Both the position numbers and the translations under genes were made by a program. Source: Pocillopora damicornis (lineage: Eukaryota). Taken from it: 64,000 nucleotides of DNA. Each line of letters opens with the position of its first letter. The first letter of the stretch is position 1. Of the stretch, positions 37,521 to 50,760 are shown piece by piece. Below the pieces are notes generated by a model. The model was not told where the DNA came from, searched no databases, and was given only the letters and a program-made list of their open reading frames with translations. Location: positions 124,001-188,000 of the forward strand of contig NW_020847681.1 in the NCBI RefSeq assembly GCF_003704095.1. Reading direction: 5' to 3'.

Positions 37521-37620
37521 NNNNNNNNNNNNNNNNNNNNNNNNNNNNNNNNNNNNNNNNNNNNNNNNNNNNNNNNNNNNNNNNNNNNNNNNNNNNNNNN
37601 NNNNNNNNNNNNNNNNNNNN
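37521..37620. other. Assembly gap (100 N)
   Basis: Run of N. Confidence 0.99.
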
Positions 37621-38927
37621 GTCAATTCACGAGTTTGCTCACAGAGCACTTTGATCTTACCTTATGCAGGGTATGAAAGTAGGCGTGTGGAGCGATAAAT
37701 TGGTGAGTGAAATGGCACGTACCAAGGCAAACGTGTACTTCATACGAGTATAACACTTACCGGCCTCGTTACAGTGTGACGTGTAACAAAAAATGACACC
37801 AATCTCTCATCCTACTCAGCTCCACAGAATAATGTTCATTTGAAGGTTAAAAGGTTTCTACTAAGTATTCATAGAACATTGCCAAAAGAGAACACACTTC
37901 ATTGTTTTGAAACAATTATATTAATTCACCAAGTCGTATAATAAATTTGCAATAAGTATAAGCTAATATATAAATATCCCTATATATATTTAACCCTATA
38001 ACTTCTATAAAGCCTATGAAAAATATTTCAGTAAAATCACTTCCTTAAAATCTTTTTTTTAATCAAAATATCATTTAATAAGTCCGTGTTGATTTTGGTG
38101 TTGTGTTGACAAGATCTGTTCCCTGATCTGATTCCCGTAGCGTAATTAAGAGATATCAGTTAATGATTATGATAAGGTGGACGTCAGGTCTAAAATGTCC
38201 CCAAGGAACCCGACCCTTCACTGCAAATTAAGGTTTACAGAAGAGAACCCGAGCATTGACTGAAACCTCAGTTCTTCCAGCCTGTCAAAACAAAGTGTGT
38301 AGTGGGTTCATCTAATCTTCTTCAACAAACCTGACTTCTCAATGGAGTTTTGAAAAACCACTATACAAGAGTTTGATCTTTTTTCAGGATTTCCAGTTTG
38401 ACTATCGATCTTACATTATCTTTTCATCTTTGCGGCGTGTCACTCTACACCTTCCCCAAAAACGGGTGGTGTGGAAAAAAAAAAGCTGTAATTTTTGTGC
38501 GCATGCGTAGATTATGTAGCTTTCAACTTTCCAGTTGAGGAAAATTGCCACGTTCACACGTTATCTATGACATTTTAGGTAAATTGGATTTAATTTAGTT
38601 CAAGGTGGCTCACATGCGTTCAAAACAAGTTTTGTATTTGAAAAAAAAAAAAAACAAAGCGCAAACCAATAAAATAGTGCACAATAGTGCGATAAAAAGC
38701 ATGAAATTTTCATTCAAAACCAAGCTATAAATACTTAGACATAACAACTCGCAAGTTCATTCGATTCTTTTAGAGCAAATGAATGTCGAACAGAGCTTGA
38801 CACTATGACAGTTGCAATAAACAGAAATGTCAAAACGAAAACAAAGAATGGTGATTAAAAATGTCTAATGAGTGATATAGTTGAATGATCTTCAATAAAA
38901 GCATTGAAATTCCAAGATGCCTGCCAT

Positions 38928-41900
38928 CTAATTAGCGGAGCTAATTGACGAACGATCATCTTCCTTTCCCACAAGCCTCTTGAGTCTTTCCAGATGATGA
39001 TAGGCCCTGTGGAGGTTGGACAGTGATAAAAAAATGAACAAAACTAACGTTTTCTTACCAACGCCAAGTAGCACATTAAGTAAAAACTTTGATTCGCATG
39101 ACAATTCCAATGTTTTAAGGTGGATAGTCAGTTACACGGCACTTCACTAAAATTTCTAACTCAATGCTGTAATTCATTTTCGTTTTCTACATATTTTGTC
39201 TTGCATCATTGTAAGCATTAGGCTCCTTGTACAAACACACATCCGGAGATTTTTCCACACGTAGCACATTCGAATTTGATATCGATAGACAATCGATATC
39301 AAAGACAAAAACGCAGCTGCAAGAGAATACGTCGACCGCAACAACAAAGCAGTTTCACATAAACTGCAAGTAGTTTATGCTCACACGTGAACTAGTGGTC
39401 TTACGACATATGACGAAGGTATGCATTTAAATTGAAAAATTCCTTACTATGGGCTCTCAAGGAAAAAAGTCCTTTGGAGACATTTACTGATGATGTTTAT
39501 GAATGGTTTTATTATGGATCAATAGACGGTAATTGACTCATTCCTTTACAGTTGAATCGCTTAATGTTTCCGTAAAGGTGTTTACAAGACAATTCACGTC
39601 AACTGATTAAAGTGTGCGACTTTCTTTTTAATCACGAAGTTCGCGAAATCAACGTTTCGCGAAAACTTCCTTTAACTGGGAGCACATATTAGCCATCCAA
39701 AAAAGCTTTTCAGCGCAAATGAAGAGACTTGCAAGTTATGAGGAAGCTGAATGAACGAGATGAGTGAATGAGAGACTTTTTTAACATACCTTTGTAAAGA
39801 TACCTCCCCGCGCATTATGTCAGCATCTCTTTCACTTTGGTCATCTGTAAAAATAGCAACCCACCAGAAATTGTCAAGATAAAGGTCAAGTCGAAAGACA
39901 GAGTTCTTTGCAACGCACATAAACTTTGGATAATTTCACCACGATCCTTGTGCCTCCACAAGCACTCTATACGTGCACGTTTAGGCTTAAGTGTTCACCT
40001 TCATGAAACAATCGTTTGAATACTCTCTAATGAGATCATAACTGGGTCTTTATTGAACGGGATCAACATTACCTGAAGATAGAGAATCTTTCATAACTTT
40101 GGACTTGAAATCCATACTGGAGGGGCTCTATGAAAAAAAGTGAACATCAGTCTTGAGCCTACTAGAACAGTTAAAAGCCTTAAACCAAAAACAGTAGCGA
40201 ACGAACGCTACAAGAGAACATAGAGCAAATGTTTGCAACCTCTCCATTTATATTCCGTCAGGTTTCTTTGTTTCAGCTCCTTTTGTTTCGTATTTGGTAA
40301 TTTAGTGCTAACTCTCTCAATCTGCGGAAATCGTCGATTTGGCGTTACTTGAATCATATCACTTAGCACCCGTGACGGCGTGGTCCCCGGCGAGGCACAG
40401 TTTGCAAAGGAGGCAGGGTTACCAAGCTGGTTTCAACGGTCGAGTGTACGCGAGCCGTTAAAAACGTCTAAACTGGAAACTTTTGAAGCAAACTGAAACA
40501 AACTTAGCGTCGTTTTTCACCAGGAAGATTGAGTTTGTAGTGAATTGAAATGAAACTACAGTATATTTGCTTGGATTCTGCGTTGGATTGTGGCTGCCCG
40601 GTCATTTTGAGCTTGGATTTTTCGCTTCTCGGATCGGGCGTGTGCAGACTTTGGCTTCTCTTATGTAGTAAACCTAGAAATGGATATCTCGCTAAAATGG
40701 GTTCTTTTTTAACATAGTAAGCGGTCAGATAACAAGCGATGCACTATGAAAGTAAGATGAGGTAATTTCATTGAGGATTTGACTTATTTTTTTATTCCTA
40801 GGAGCGGTCGTAAATATTCCCATACAAACTCTTATAATTTCGCCACGACTCTTATTTCGCAAGATGATCATCTCACAGCTGGAGCTTAGACCGGCTGTGC
40901 ATAGATCGACTCTCATGTCGATAACGAACAACACCAGTTACTTGTCAGCAACATCTAGTAACTTAAAATCTTAAACTGCAGTGCACAAAACCCTTGCACT
41001 AGTACCATTACCCACATCTCTTTATAAGGTTACCTTATAATAGCTTGAATCTTCATTATCGAGTGTTTCGTGATGCGCCATGTCCTGCATGGTAAAAAGC
41101 ATTTGTTTTAAGGCTTCCACTGGGCCTGGGGCAGCTTCCTTTCCACTGAGTCTCATAGCACCCCCAGCACTGGTAGAAGTACCGTTCGGTTCCTGAAAGG
41201 ATTTTCAAAAAGGACAATCAATCACCGGATTTCTCACAAAGCTGAACATAAATGCACCTGTAGTTCATCACTCGTAGAAAAAAACTGATTTTAATTCAGC
41301 GTCCTTCCTAGGCCAGGTACATGCAACTCATAATTCCTGTAATTTGCTATTCGAGAATCTTTACTCAGATGATTACCCAGTCATCTCTACGACAAAATGG
41401 AAGGCTCCAAAGCTGTTAGAAGACAAACTTCTACCCTCCATTCTCTGCTTGTTTCCGCGGCTGCACACGCAGGCTCCACACACAGGCCACATGTAAGTAC
41501 ATTTGTAGGTCGAATTAGGGTTTGTAAACTCACTTTCATTGTTTTGTCTTCGCTATCAACGCTCAAACAGTCGTCAAGAAATGACGAAATGATTCCAGAC
41601 TTCGGATTTGTAAAGCGCCTTGTTATGAAACTGTCTGGAGTTTTGATGTCTTCATCTCTATGCAAGATTCAACACACATAATATTACATATATAGGTAGT
41701 GTTGATCATGAATCCTTACATACAATTCAAAGATGGTAGATAATTAGGGCACAAAATTTAAGTGCTCATCACCTCAGCGTTCAGAACTAAACACCCACTT
41801 CTTCATAAGATATTGATATATGCCTGATTTATTGCTACTTGTCTACGAGTAGGGAGCATTTAAAGTACATGTATGATCACTACCTGAGGCCTTTTTCAAA

Positions 41901-44900
41901 CCCATGCATACAAAAATGGCAGAAACAAAACTTACAGCTTCCATAAGTGAAATCTTTGAGGGAGTTCTTCTCTTACTGCAGCATGAGGATTTGTCGAAGC
42001 AAACACACTTGTTGGGGAAAACTTGTCAGACACATCAGCAACATGAGGTAGGCTCATTTGACTCCTTTCGACAACACTTATGTGTGTGTCTGTCTCTGTT
42101 TCAGACTCGACTAATGTGTCACTGTCTGAGACAGTAGTAAGTGAAGGACTAACATCAAACAGAGGCATGGGTGGGTGGGTGATAAGCGTCTCAGTGTCCA
42201 CTGTATTTACACTGACAACGTCATCATCAAGACTACGACGTGAACTTCTTGGCCTTGAAGCTGACCTCATGGCAACCCGTCGTAAATCTGGAACAGTTTT
42301 GCTTCGTCGGTGGCTCAACTTCCCTCCAGTACTCCTGGTAGGAATAGGGGGCTTGCGGTATCTTGTATCAGGAGCAGACTTTGCAAGCTTCTCATCTCTA
42401 GACCGGTAACTTGAACCAGCGAAAACAGGTTTATTAGGCGATTTGTACTCCTTCTGCGCTCTAGCTTCCCTTCCATCTCGCTGCTCACTGGGTTCAGAAA
42501 ACACCACTCTTTGGTCGCCACGCAGGCCACCATAAGAAGTTCTGCTAGAATATGGATGCTTAAGTGAAGAGCCAAATGGCTTTTGAAGATTCCTGCCTGT
42601 TGAGATTTTGGGTGTAGAATAATACTGTGGCTTTGGATCAGCCGCGGCACTGTCTCGAGATTTAGAACTCTGAATCATCGTTTTCCAAGGATACATAGTA
42701 TTAGGATCTCTGTACATCTTTTCCATTTTAATTCCTGTTGGTGATTTACGCATCTCCCTGTCCGTGTCCTCCGATTCTACATCGCTTTCCTCATTTCTGG
42801 ATGGAGAGTGTGTCTTCAGTGGGATTCTCACACGCGATGGAGATGTTGCAGAGCTAGGGCTAGTAGAAGGCTCTCTCCTTGCCGTTAACGGTAACGTTAC
42901 TTCCTCTTTTTTGACAGGCAGCTTTGAATACCGTGTCACAACAGGCGGCGATACGTACTTCCGTGTCATTTTTGGTGAGGCACTGTGAAGTGCAGACTCT
43001 GCAGATGAGCCCGCATATCTCTCATTCTGTAGAGGTATGCTGTATCTTGACGGTAGAGAGGTGAAGGGACTCCTGCCTGGTGAGGAATCCCTCGGGACAG
43101 CCATTCTAAGAGGAGTGCCTTCTTTACCTTCTGAATATTCATTGCTCGCAGAAAAGCGTAGAGACTTTGTAGGTGAAAGAGTCAGACTTTTCGACCTCCT
43201 TGGAGATACTGTTGAGTGTTCTCTGGATTTAATCTTCCCAGTGCTTTTTCTGAGCTTTTTCGTGGATTCTTTTTTCAGTCGCGCAACCTTTTTGTCTTGG
43301 TATAATGAGCTGTGGAAGTTTCCGCCCATATTGACCGGGTTCGGTCCATACACTGACTGAGAAAGCAGCATGTCTGTGTCAGTACTTGCTCCATCGTTCC
43401 AGTCAGTTCCGTTTATATTACTCTCTGCTTTCTTTACTCTTGATGGGTCTTTGAGTCTGCTACACTGTAGATCTGATAATTTAAGAGCTGATTTGGACTG
43501 TGATGAACGTCCAAACGGTTTTTTTCTCACAAATGTTCCTGATGGAGAGGAGGTGCTGGAGGAGTATTTCTCGTCAGGGCTAAAACAAATTATCATACAA
43601 CAAGGGCAAACGATCAATCTAACCGACCATAAGGTTAAAGAAAAAAATTGGGGCAAGAGGACTTCAATTAATTCTAAACGAGTTGTAAACGTACGCGATA
43701 CAAATGCAGTAAACTAAGCTCGTGTAAAGGGGGTAAGTTTCTAAAGAAACTGTGGGGCAGCGTCGGTGGGAGAGTATAACTGTGTTGTTAAATATTATCA
43801 ACGGAGTTGATAACGTAAATTGGCTTCCGATAAGGCTTTTAAAGCTGGAACGTCAGCTTTAAAACTCTTTACGGTGGCCAATTTACCTTATCAGCTCAGT
43901 CAATAATACTTAATTACCCTGTTAAGCTCGTGTAAGTTCTCTTTGTGAGCTTTTCAGTTGCTGCAGACAAAATTCGAAACCAAAAAATTTTTTTCCAATC
44001 ATATCATCGGAGATAAAGGCCTTAATAGAAAGCCAAACGCCATGTTAATATATTTGATTACCATGGGAACACAATCTATCTTTCAATTCATAAATTGCTC
44101 ATTAAAAAAATCACGATCTGGAAACAGGAGAAATTTCTATTCTTAATAAAAAGCTATACAAAATAAATCCGTAAAAAGAGCAGAAAGGGAAAATCAATTC
44201 TGTAGGTCTGCAAAATGAACATTTGTCAGGAGAATGTGCGTGTACATGAACGTTGTGTAACTAGTGACCCCATCTACACATTTTTGCAATCTTCCCAAGT
44301 CTATGAACAAATTGAATGTTCATGCGTGAAAATACTGAGCAAGGAGGGCAGTGCTTAGAGCAAAGTACTGTAGGTAGTGCATAGAGCAAGGTAGGTAGTG
44401 CGTACTGTAGGTAGTGCANNNNNNNNNNNNNNNNNNNNNNNNNNNNNNNNNNNNNNNNNNNNNNNNNNNNNNNNNNNNNNNNNNNNNNNNNNNNNNNNNN
44501 NNNNNNNNNNNNNNNNNNNNNNNNNNNNNNNNNNNNNNNNNNNNNNNNNNNNNNNNNNNNNNNNNNNNNNNNNNNNNNNNNNNNNNNNNNNNNNNNNNNN
44601 NNNNNNNNNNNNNNNNNNNNNNNNNNNNNNNNNNNNNNNNNNNNNNNNNNNNNNNNNNNNNNTAGGTAGTGCATAGAGCAAGGTAGGTAGTGCGTATAAG
44701 ATATCAAATACCTGTACTTCACTTTGTTCTCTCTTGTAGTGGTATCAAGGTCCTCTACCCAGCTGGGGTACTCCTTCCCTAGGCTGGAAACCCAACTGGG
44801 ATATTCTGTTTTACCAGATTGAGAATGGGTTTTCCATGAGGCAGTTTTTGGAGATGTCACTGGTAATACCTTGCTGGAATATGATCCTAATAAAAGAAAA

Positions 44901-47900
44901 GATTGAAATCCACTAAGAGTCAATAATATTAAAGAAAAGTGTATGGTGCAGCAAGTTTTATTTCCTTTTTCCTACTTTTGAAGAGAGTAGAATGGTAACA
45001 TTTTTCAAGCTTTTAAGAAGAACTCTTCTAATAAAAACAATATCCCTACAAGAGAGTGCACAATCAATTTAAAACACTTAAAGGTCATGTGGTGCACAGT
45101 ATCTGTTTCTACATGACTCCTCTCATGTGAGCTGAACATCTACAAATAGCATGTTATTTTAATGGTTTAGCTAAGAGTTTATCAACAAAAATCATAAATG
45201 CCTTAATACATGTAGATCTGGTTGGTGAATAAACAAAATTGTATAACAATTTCAAGGTGCAAAGTTGTGACCAGCTTGTTGCAACTGCAACTGAAAATTG
45301 AGTAGTGACAAGTATAATTTACAAGCAAGTCACCAGCCCCCTGCTGACTTGCCATCTTTTCAATGTTCTGATCCTACACTAAAGAAATTGATTTCATCTC
45401 AATCCAAAATCAATATTTCATTTGTGGTTTCCTGAAAGATACAATGTATAATAATTATAATAGTAATTTTATTTGACTGTACTCTCTCATCTTATAACAT
45501 AATTATATTAGCAATCTGACATTTTTGTATTTGGTTGAGAGGTAAACGTTTTGTAAATCAAACTTTTTGACAACCAAATTTTTCCATTTTGTGGCTAAAG
45601 AAAGGTGCCCAGTTGCTATTTGACCCCCCATAGAAAAGATGATTTTGAACTCTGCATTATTCACCTGATAGTGTACCTGGAGCTGCAGGTTTACTTCCTT
45701 TATAACTGCTCAACAAAACCTCTGTTTCCACAGTACCAGCATTACTATCTAGGTCAACTACTGATGAACTAGGGGAAGGGAGAGTAGAAATTTCATCATC
45801 ATTGCCAATGTAGGAGTGGTGACCAGGTCCAGGCTGAGGGTTCATATTTTCTTCATCTGAATGAAATAACAAGGAATGAATGATAAACAATTAATAATAC
45901 ACCAAACATTTTTTCACATGCTATAATGCAGCATTGACAAATTCCTTCAATTACTGAGGCTCTACAAATACATGCATTGCAGTACTTTAGATAATCAAAA
46001 TGTATGTGGAAGTTTACCTTATCATAATGTTGGTGTTTATTAAGGACAGTCTACCACAGTTGCTGTAAAGTCTGGATTTCACTTTCTCATTTATAATTAC
46101 AGTCAAACCACAAGGAATAGCAGGATTACCACTTTACACAGGTTGACCATTAAATACAGGTTCCATAAATTAGGAGTCAAACATAATTTAAAAAAAAAAC
46201 CTTTTGTCCCAACAGCCCTAAAAAGAAAGATAATCTGCTGCACAATGAGGACATTTGAAATTAAAGTGCTAACATTGATTTCTGGATATAAACATGAAAT
46301 AATTTGACTTGACACTTAAACTAAGTTTTATTTGAGTGGTTCCTGTTCCTGTTCAATACAGATGAAAGACAATAAAAAAAGGCTGTTGGGACTCAGTCAA
46401 GGGTGAGTGTGCTAATGCATAATAGAGTTGTAAACTACAGCACATTAAGGGGAAAAAATTTTGGCACCAACAACCAACTGCCTAATACAGGGTCATTGCT
46501 TAAAATTGTGCCACTCAATACAGGTTCAACCATAAATTTAATCGGCAAATTTTTACATAGGATGAAGAATATTTTGTGTAGTTTTGCAATTGAAAAAGAA
46601 ATGATGTACACAAAGCACCCGTAAAAAATAACAAAATAATGTACTGTAATGCAATAATCATCATTATATCCTTCATGCATAAATTTGTGAGGTGTATTTG
46701 ATCATATTGCTTTTGTCATGGATAAAAGGGCTGAAAACTCGGTGTGGTTTTAAGTGAAATCAATTTTTTAATTCAACAGATAAAACTTTATTTTTTAGAT
46801 ATTCTTGTAAGTGTGCAATTAGTTGCATTGCCTCAGGCTCTGTATATGTTGAAGTATATGTTAAAGGTCCCACTATCTTAAAAGTTGATGTGTATCCCTG
46901 GGTATGTCATCTTTTTGTCTTTCCTTCAGGTTTCTAATATGGTTCCGAATTCCACGTTGTAAACAGCCTTCCTTTTCTTGCACTTTACAATTTTTATCCC
47001 ATCCTCACCTTATTTTTTCTCTTATTTTCTGTTTTTAATTCTAAAAATTTTGATCAATTTTTGTGCCATGGGTTCAATTATTCATTATTGGCTTTTAAGC
47101 AGTGCTGTCCTGGATGTCAATTTCCCTTACTGTATCTTTTTCTTTCTTCTTTCTTTCTTTTTTTTTTGGCAGGGGGGAGGGTGTGTATCTCAAAGAAATT
47201 CAAGGTACATGTTTTTTCTGAGAACTTCATTTAGCTTTATCTGCATGACAATCAGTTCTGCAAGGATCAGGTTCACATTAGGGGGCTATAGGTTTCTTTG
47301 TTAAAGCAAAAGGTAATGCAATATAATAGCAAAAAAGCTTTTTCTCATGAAAATTTTAATGCACTAAGGATCAGAGGGTTTTGCCTCTTTGGAACATCTA
47401 AAATGCCCTTGTCCTGAATCACTCTCAAATGTTGGCCACTCCCACACTGTATGCTATAGAAGATGGTAAGAAGATTTAAAACCTTATGAATAGCCTTAAT
47501 GGTTCAACTTGAAATGACCGAGGAGCTAACAACAGAAAATGCAACAAGGCAGTGAGTGGTCCCTGTTAACCTTGTAGCATTTCTTAGCATTTTGCCCACA
47601 GATGGCCATGATCCACTAATGTTCCATGATGGAGAAAAAAATTAGAGTAATGGTGACATAAGAAGAGACACAACAGACGTTGACCCTTACCTCCGCACCA
47701 AACACGAACTTTAGATTATGTGCTCTAAATGGAATATGGAACTGAACTTTCTTAATAGGATGTTAAAAAAAAAAGCAAAAACAAAAACACACACACCAAA
47801 AATAAAAAAAAATCAACCAGGTTTTTTTGATCCAAGGCATGCTGACTGTTACACCACCATATTCACAACCAAACAACACCCCCTTCTAAAGCTGAAATTA

Positions 47901-49554
47901 AGAGAACTTGCAGTTTCAAAAGGATTCTCTGGGAACCCTAATTATGGATTCTTTCAAGTGGTATTGTTTAATACTACTACTGTGTGTGTTTACACATTGT
48001 ATGTCAAAATGTTGGTTTTTCATCAAAAATTCTCTGGCTGTCTTCTGATTTTGCTGAGGACATCCCTTAATCAAGAAGATAAGATAATGACTAACTGCTA
48101 CAGCAACAGAAATTGAGAGGGTGCACACGCATTCTGTAAGGGAGGATGTTACAACATAGCTGCTTGCTTGTAGATAGAGCTAGAAAAAGAACACGTCTTA
48201 CGTCACCTTTGTGCAAGTTTTGTGTACACATACATTGATAGTCTTTACAAATAAAATCCTCAACTGTAATTCTGAACTAAACTGTAACTCAACTGTTATT
48301 CTGAATTTGACATCTCATAACAAAAGATTTTCTTTTCACGTCTGGTCAGTATGTCATTCGCATACCAATAAACAAAAAAAAAAGTGTCGGCGATCATTAG
48401 CACATATCACTTCTCCACTAAGCAATTAAAAGCAGCTAACTATAATTTCCAAACCTGTAACAAATCCCAATAACGCAGATTTACCCTGATCTAACAGTAT
48501 ACCTATTTCACTACTCTTCGATGAAATATTTAGAAGTCAAAAACAAAACTACAAGGAGATGTGACTTGAATTGTTTTTGGTTCATTGTTTGGGTTCGCGT
48601 CCGTGCTTAATAATTTATCTTCACCTAATTAATTACCTGACCTGAGATCGAAGACGTTCAGGCCATAAGGCTTATTTTCTTTGTCATATTCTTGTGATAA
48701 TTTTACCGCTATTCTAATCTTGAATAGCTCCGATTGCTTCAGCATGAGAGTAATTTTTGACTGTACTGCTTCATTATCTGTTTACCCAAGCGTTCAAACG
48801 ATAAACCGCATATTTGTTGTAGAATCTTGTAAGATCCCAAAAAGAACATCTTAAAATTCATACACTTTTCACTCTCCAGAACAGTTGAACATCTTCCATG
48901 TTTGAGATATTTCCTCGCTGCGGGAAATGAATGGTTAAACTGACTCAAAATACCAGAAATCTTAAATTCTGCTAGTAGGAATTCATAATCGAGTGGCAAG
49001 AGAAGGTTGCCTAGGACGCGGACGCCCGCTGCCTACAACTTTATGCTCATCTACCGTAAAATCAATTTTTCAGGCAGACTTCGCCGATGAACAGTTAAAG
49101 TTGGTAACGGTGAATCGGAACGACCACCGAAAATCAGTGATATTTCTCATCTTACTCGATGTGAATTGAGACTGAACAGCTTACCTGAAGATCGAGGCAC
49201 TCTTGTAGTAGTTCTGTATCCAAACGGTGTTACTTTACTAGATAAGTCTTTTGCATAGGCATTGTTTACCCACGCTAAAAGTTCATCCACTTTTCTCGCT
49301 GGCGATTTACTAGGAGAACTTCTTAGGTATCTTTCCTGTACATCCATAAAGTAAAATTTCGGCGTCGGAGAAAGTAGGTCGGAAGGACGCCGTCGATAAG
49401 TCGTAGAGCTTCGGCCTCCTTCAAATTGAGCGATGTAAGCTTCTAGAGCTTCAGACGCCGATTTGTAAACTTTGTCATCAAGCGCTAGGCGACTTTTGAA
49501 ACCCTGATTTGGCTCATTAACTTTGCCAGTAGCACTATGAGAGGAAAAATTCAT
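38928..49554 (-). CDS. C18orf54: Lung adenoma susceptibility 2 (C18orf54/LAS2)-like protein, 9 coding exons
   Basis: Phase-consistent GT-AG exons: 49554-49185, 45856-45665, 44886-44712, 43579-41936, 41657-41534, 41192-41034, 40127-40073, 39844-39790, 39006-38928 (TAG). Blocks DDKVYKSASEALEAYIAQFE, YPSWV, PGPVEALKQMLFTMQ and SLQRAYHHLERLKRLV match remembered C18orf54 motifs in the same order. An acceptor at 49561 suggests a further upstream exon. Confidence 0.85.
40371..40900. repeat. Two-block dispersed repeat, copy 2, in a C18orf54-like intron
   Basis: 40371-40640 is inverted relative to 28980-29254; ~40663-40900 is direct relative to ~29318-29540. Confidence 0.85.
43728..43922. mobile_element. 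Penelope-like terminal-repeat fragment with internal inversion, flanked by a 13-bp target site duplication
   Basis: TAAGCTCGTGTAA occurs at 43715-43727 and 43923-43935. Internal inverted arms gagttgataacgtaaattggc / gccaatttaccttatcagctc. Shares aacgtcagcttt...ttacggtggccaattta with 25028-25063. Confidence 0.75.
44365..44695. repeat. Minisatellite (GTAGGTAGTGCATAGAGCAAG / GTAGGTAGTGCGTACT) spanning the assembly gap 44419-44661
   Basis: The same units flank both sides of the N run. Confidence 0.85.
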
Positions 49555-50593
49555 GTGAGTCTGAAAACAAACACCTAGTTGTATGAATAATGAGTAATTC
49601 CGAAGTCGTTGCGATTCGAATGATGGCGGCAAAACAATGTTCAAGTTCACTGCGCATGTCAAAAGGCACTTAGTTAGTGAAAGCGAGTTTTGCCTCCTCT
49701 TCCCTGTCCACGTCTAAATGAGCTAGAGCACGCTTACGGGGAACATTTCAGCCCAGTTACCAAGATCTCAAACTTTCGCTTAGAGAAAGTGGTGAAGCAA
49801 GAATGGGAGAACCGAGAAAGCCATGTTTACCATCCTCATATTAAGAGACCTTAAGACCAAATGTGGACACGCTTGCGTAAGCTGACCATAGCGAGGAAAG
49901 CCAAAATCATATCAAAGACCAGCAGGCTACGAACTGATTTTATACTGCAAATTAGCTTTGAGAAGGGGGAAGGACTGGACAGAGGAAAATTTGCCTCACG
50001 CCACTTGCTTCCTTTGAACTGCGTTCGGGTAAAAATAGACGAAGGAAGATCTTTCTTTAATTCAAACGACCCAAGAAAATGTCATCTTGTGAACGGAACT
50101 AAATCAATAGCGAAGAATCAAAGACTCGTGCGATAGCCTAATTATGAACGTAAGTTAATACTATTGGGCCTTTAGAAGCTGAGGGCCGAGTTCAATTAGG
50201 AGTTACCCTGCAATCGTTAGCTACCTCATCAGTATTTTCTACGCTGGTCAATTTTTATTGTTTGATTCAAGCTTAAACTGATCATTACTCATAAAAATTG
50301 ACTACAAGACACCAGCCTTTATGCCTAGGTGCCATATGCAAGTAACACGTATTTGAGCGCGGTCCTATGTGGGTGTCTTTTAAATCGATCGTCGGGTCAG
50401 GGCAATAGTTTTTAGGTGGATTTTGAAGAGGGAACTACCGGTAAAAGTAGCCGCTAATTTCACAACTCTTCGCAGCCTAATTAGCTCACAAGATACCTGG
50501 GTATTACCCAAGTGAAAAAAAGTGAGAAAAATTAGCTAATTTAATTTTTGGGTGTTTTCTAAAACAATTTTCAAGCACACTATCACAAAATTT

Positions 50594-50760
50594 GAGAGTC
50601 TCAAAGGGGTTAACCGTTCGCCGTAAAACGAAAAAAAATGTAGCCGTTGGGCGTAAAAATTGATATATTTTAGCCCTTAGTCGTGAAAAAAGTAAACCTC
50701 AAAGATTTTTCTTTAACTGAGACGGAGTAAAATTAACCGCTAGCCGTAAAAGACCCTCAA
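50594..50760. repeat. Short interspersed repeat with internal (a/t)gccgt(a/t)aaa subrepeats
   Basis: Recurrent ttaaccgtt / gccgtaaaa / tagccgtt motifs between gagagtctc and agaccctc ends, MITE-like. Confidence 0.4.

Noticed and set aside
42080-43717. Plus-strand ORFs overlapping the large C18orf54-like exon
   Set aside because: Antisense shadows of a Ser/Arg-rich coding exon.
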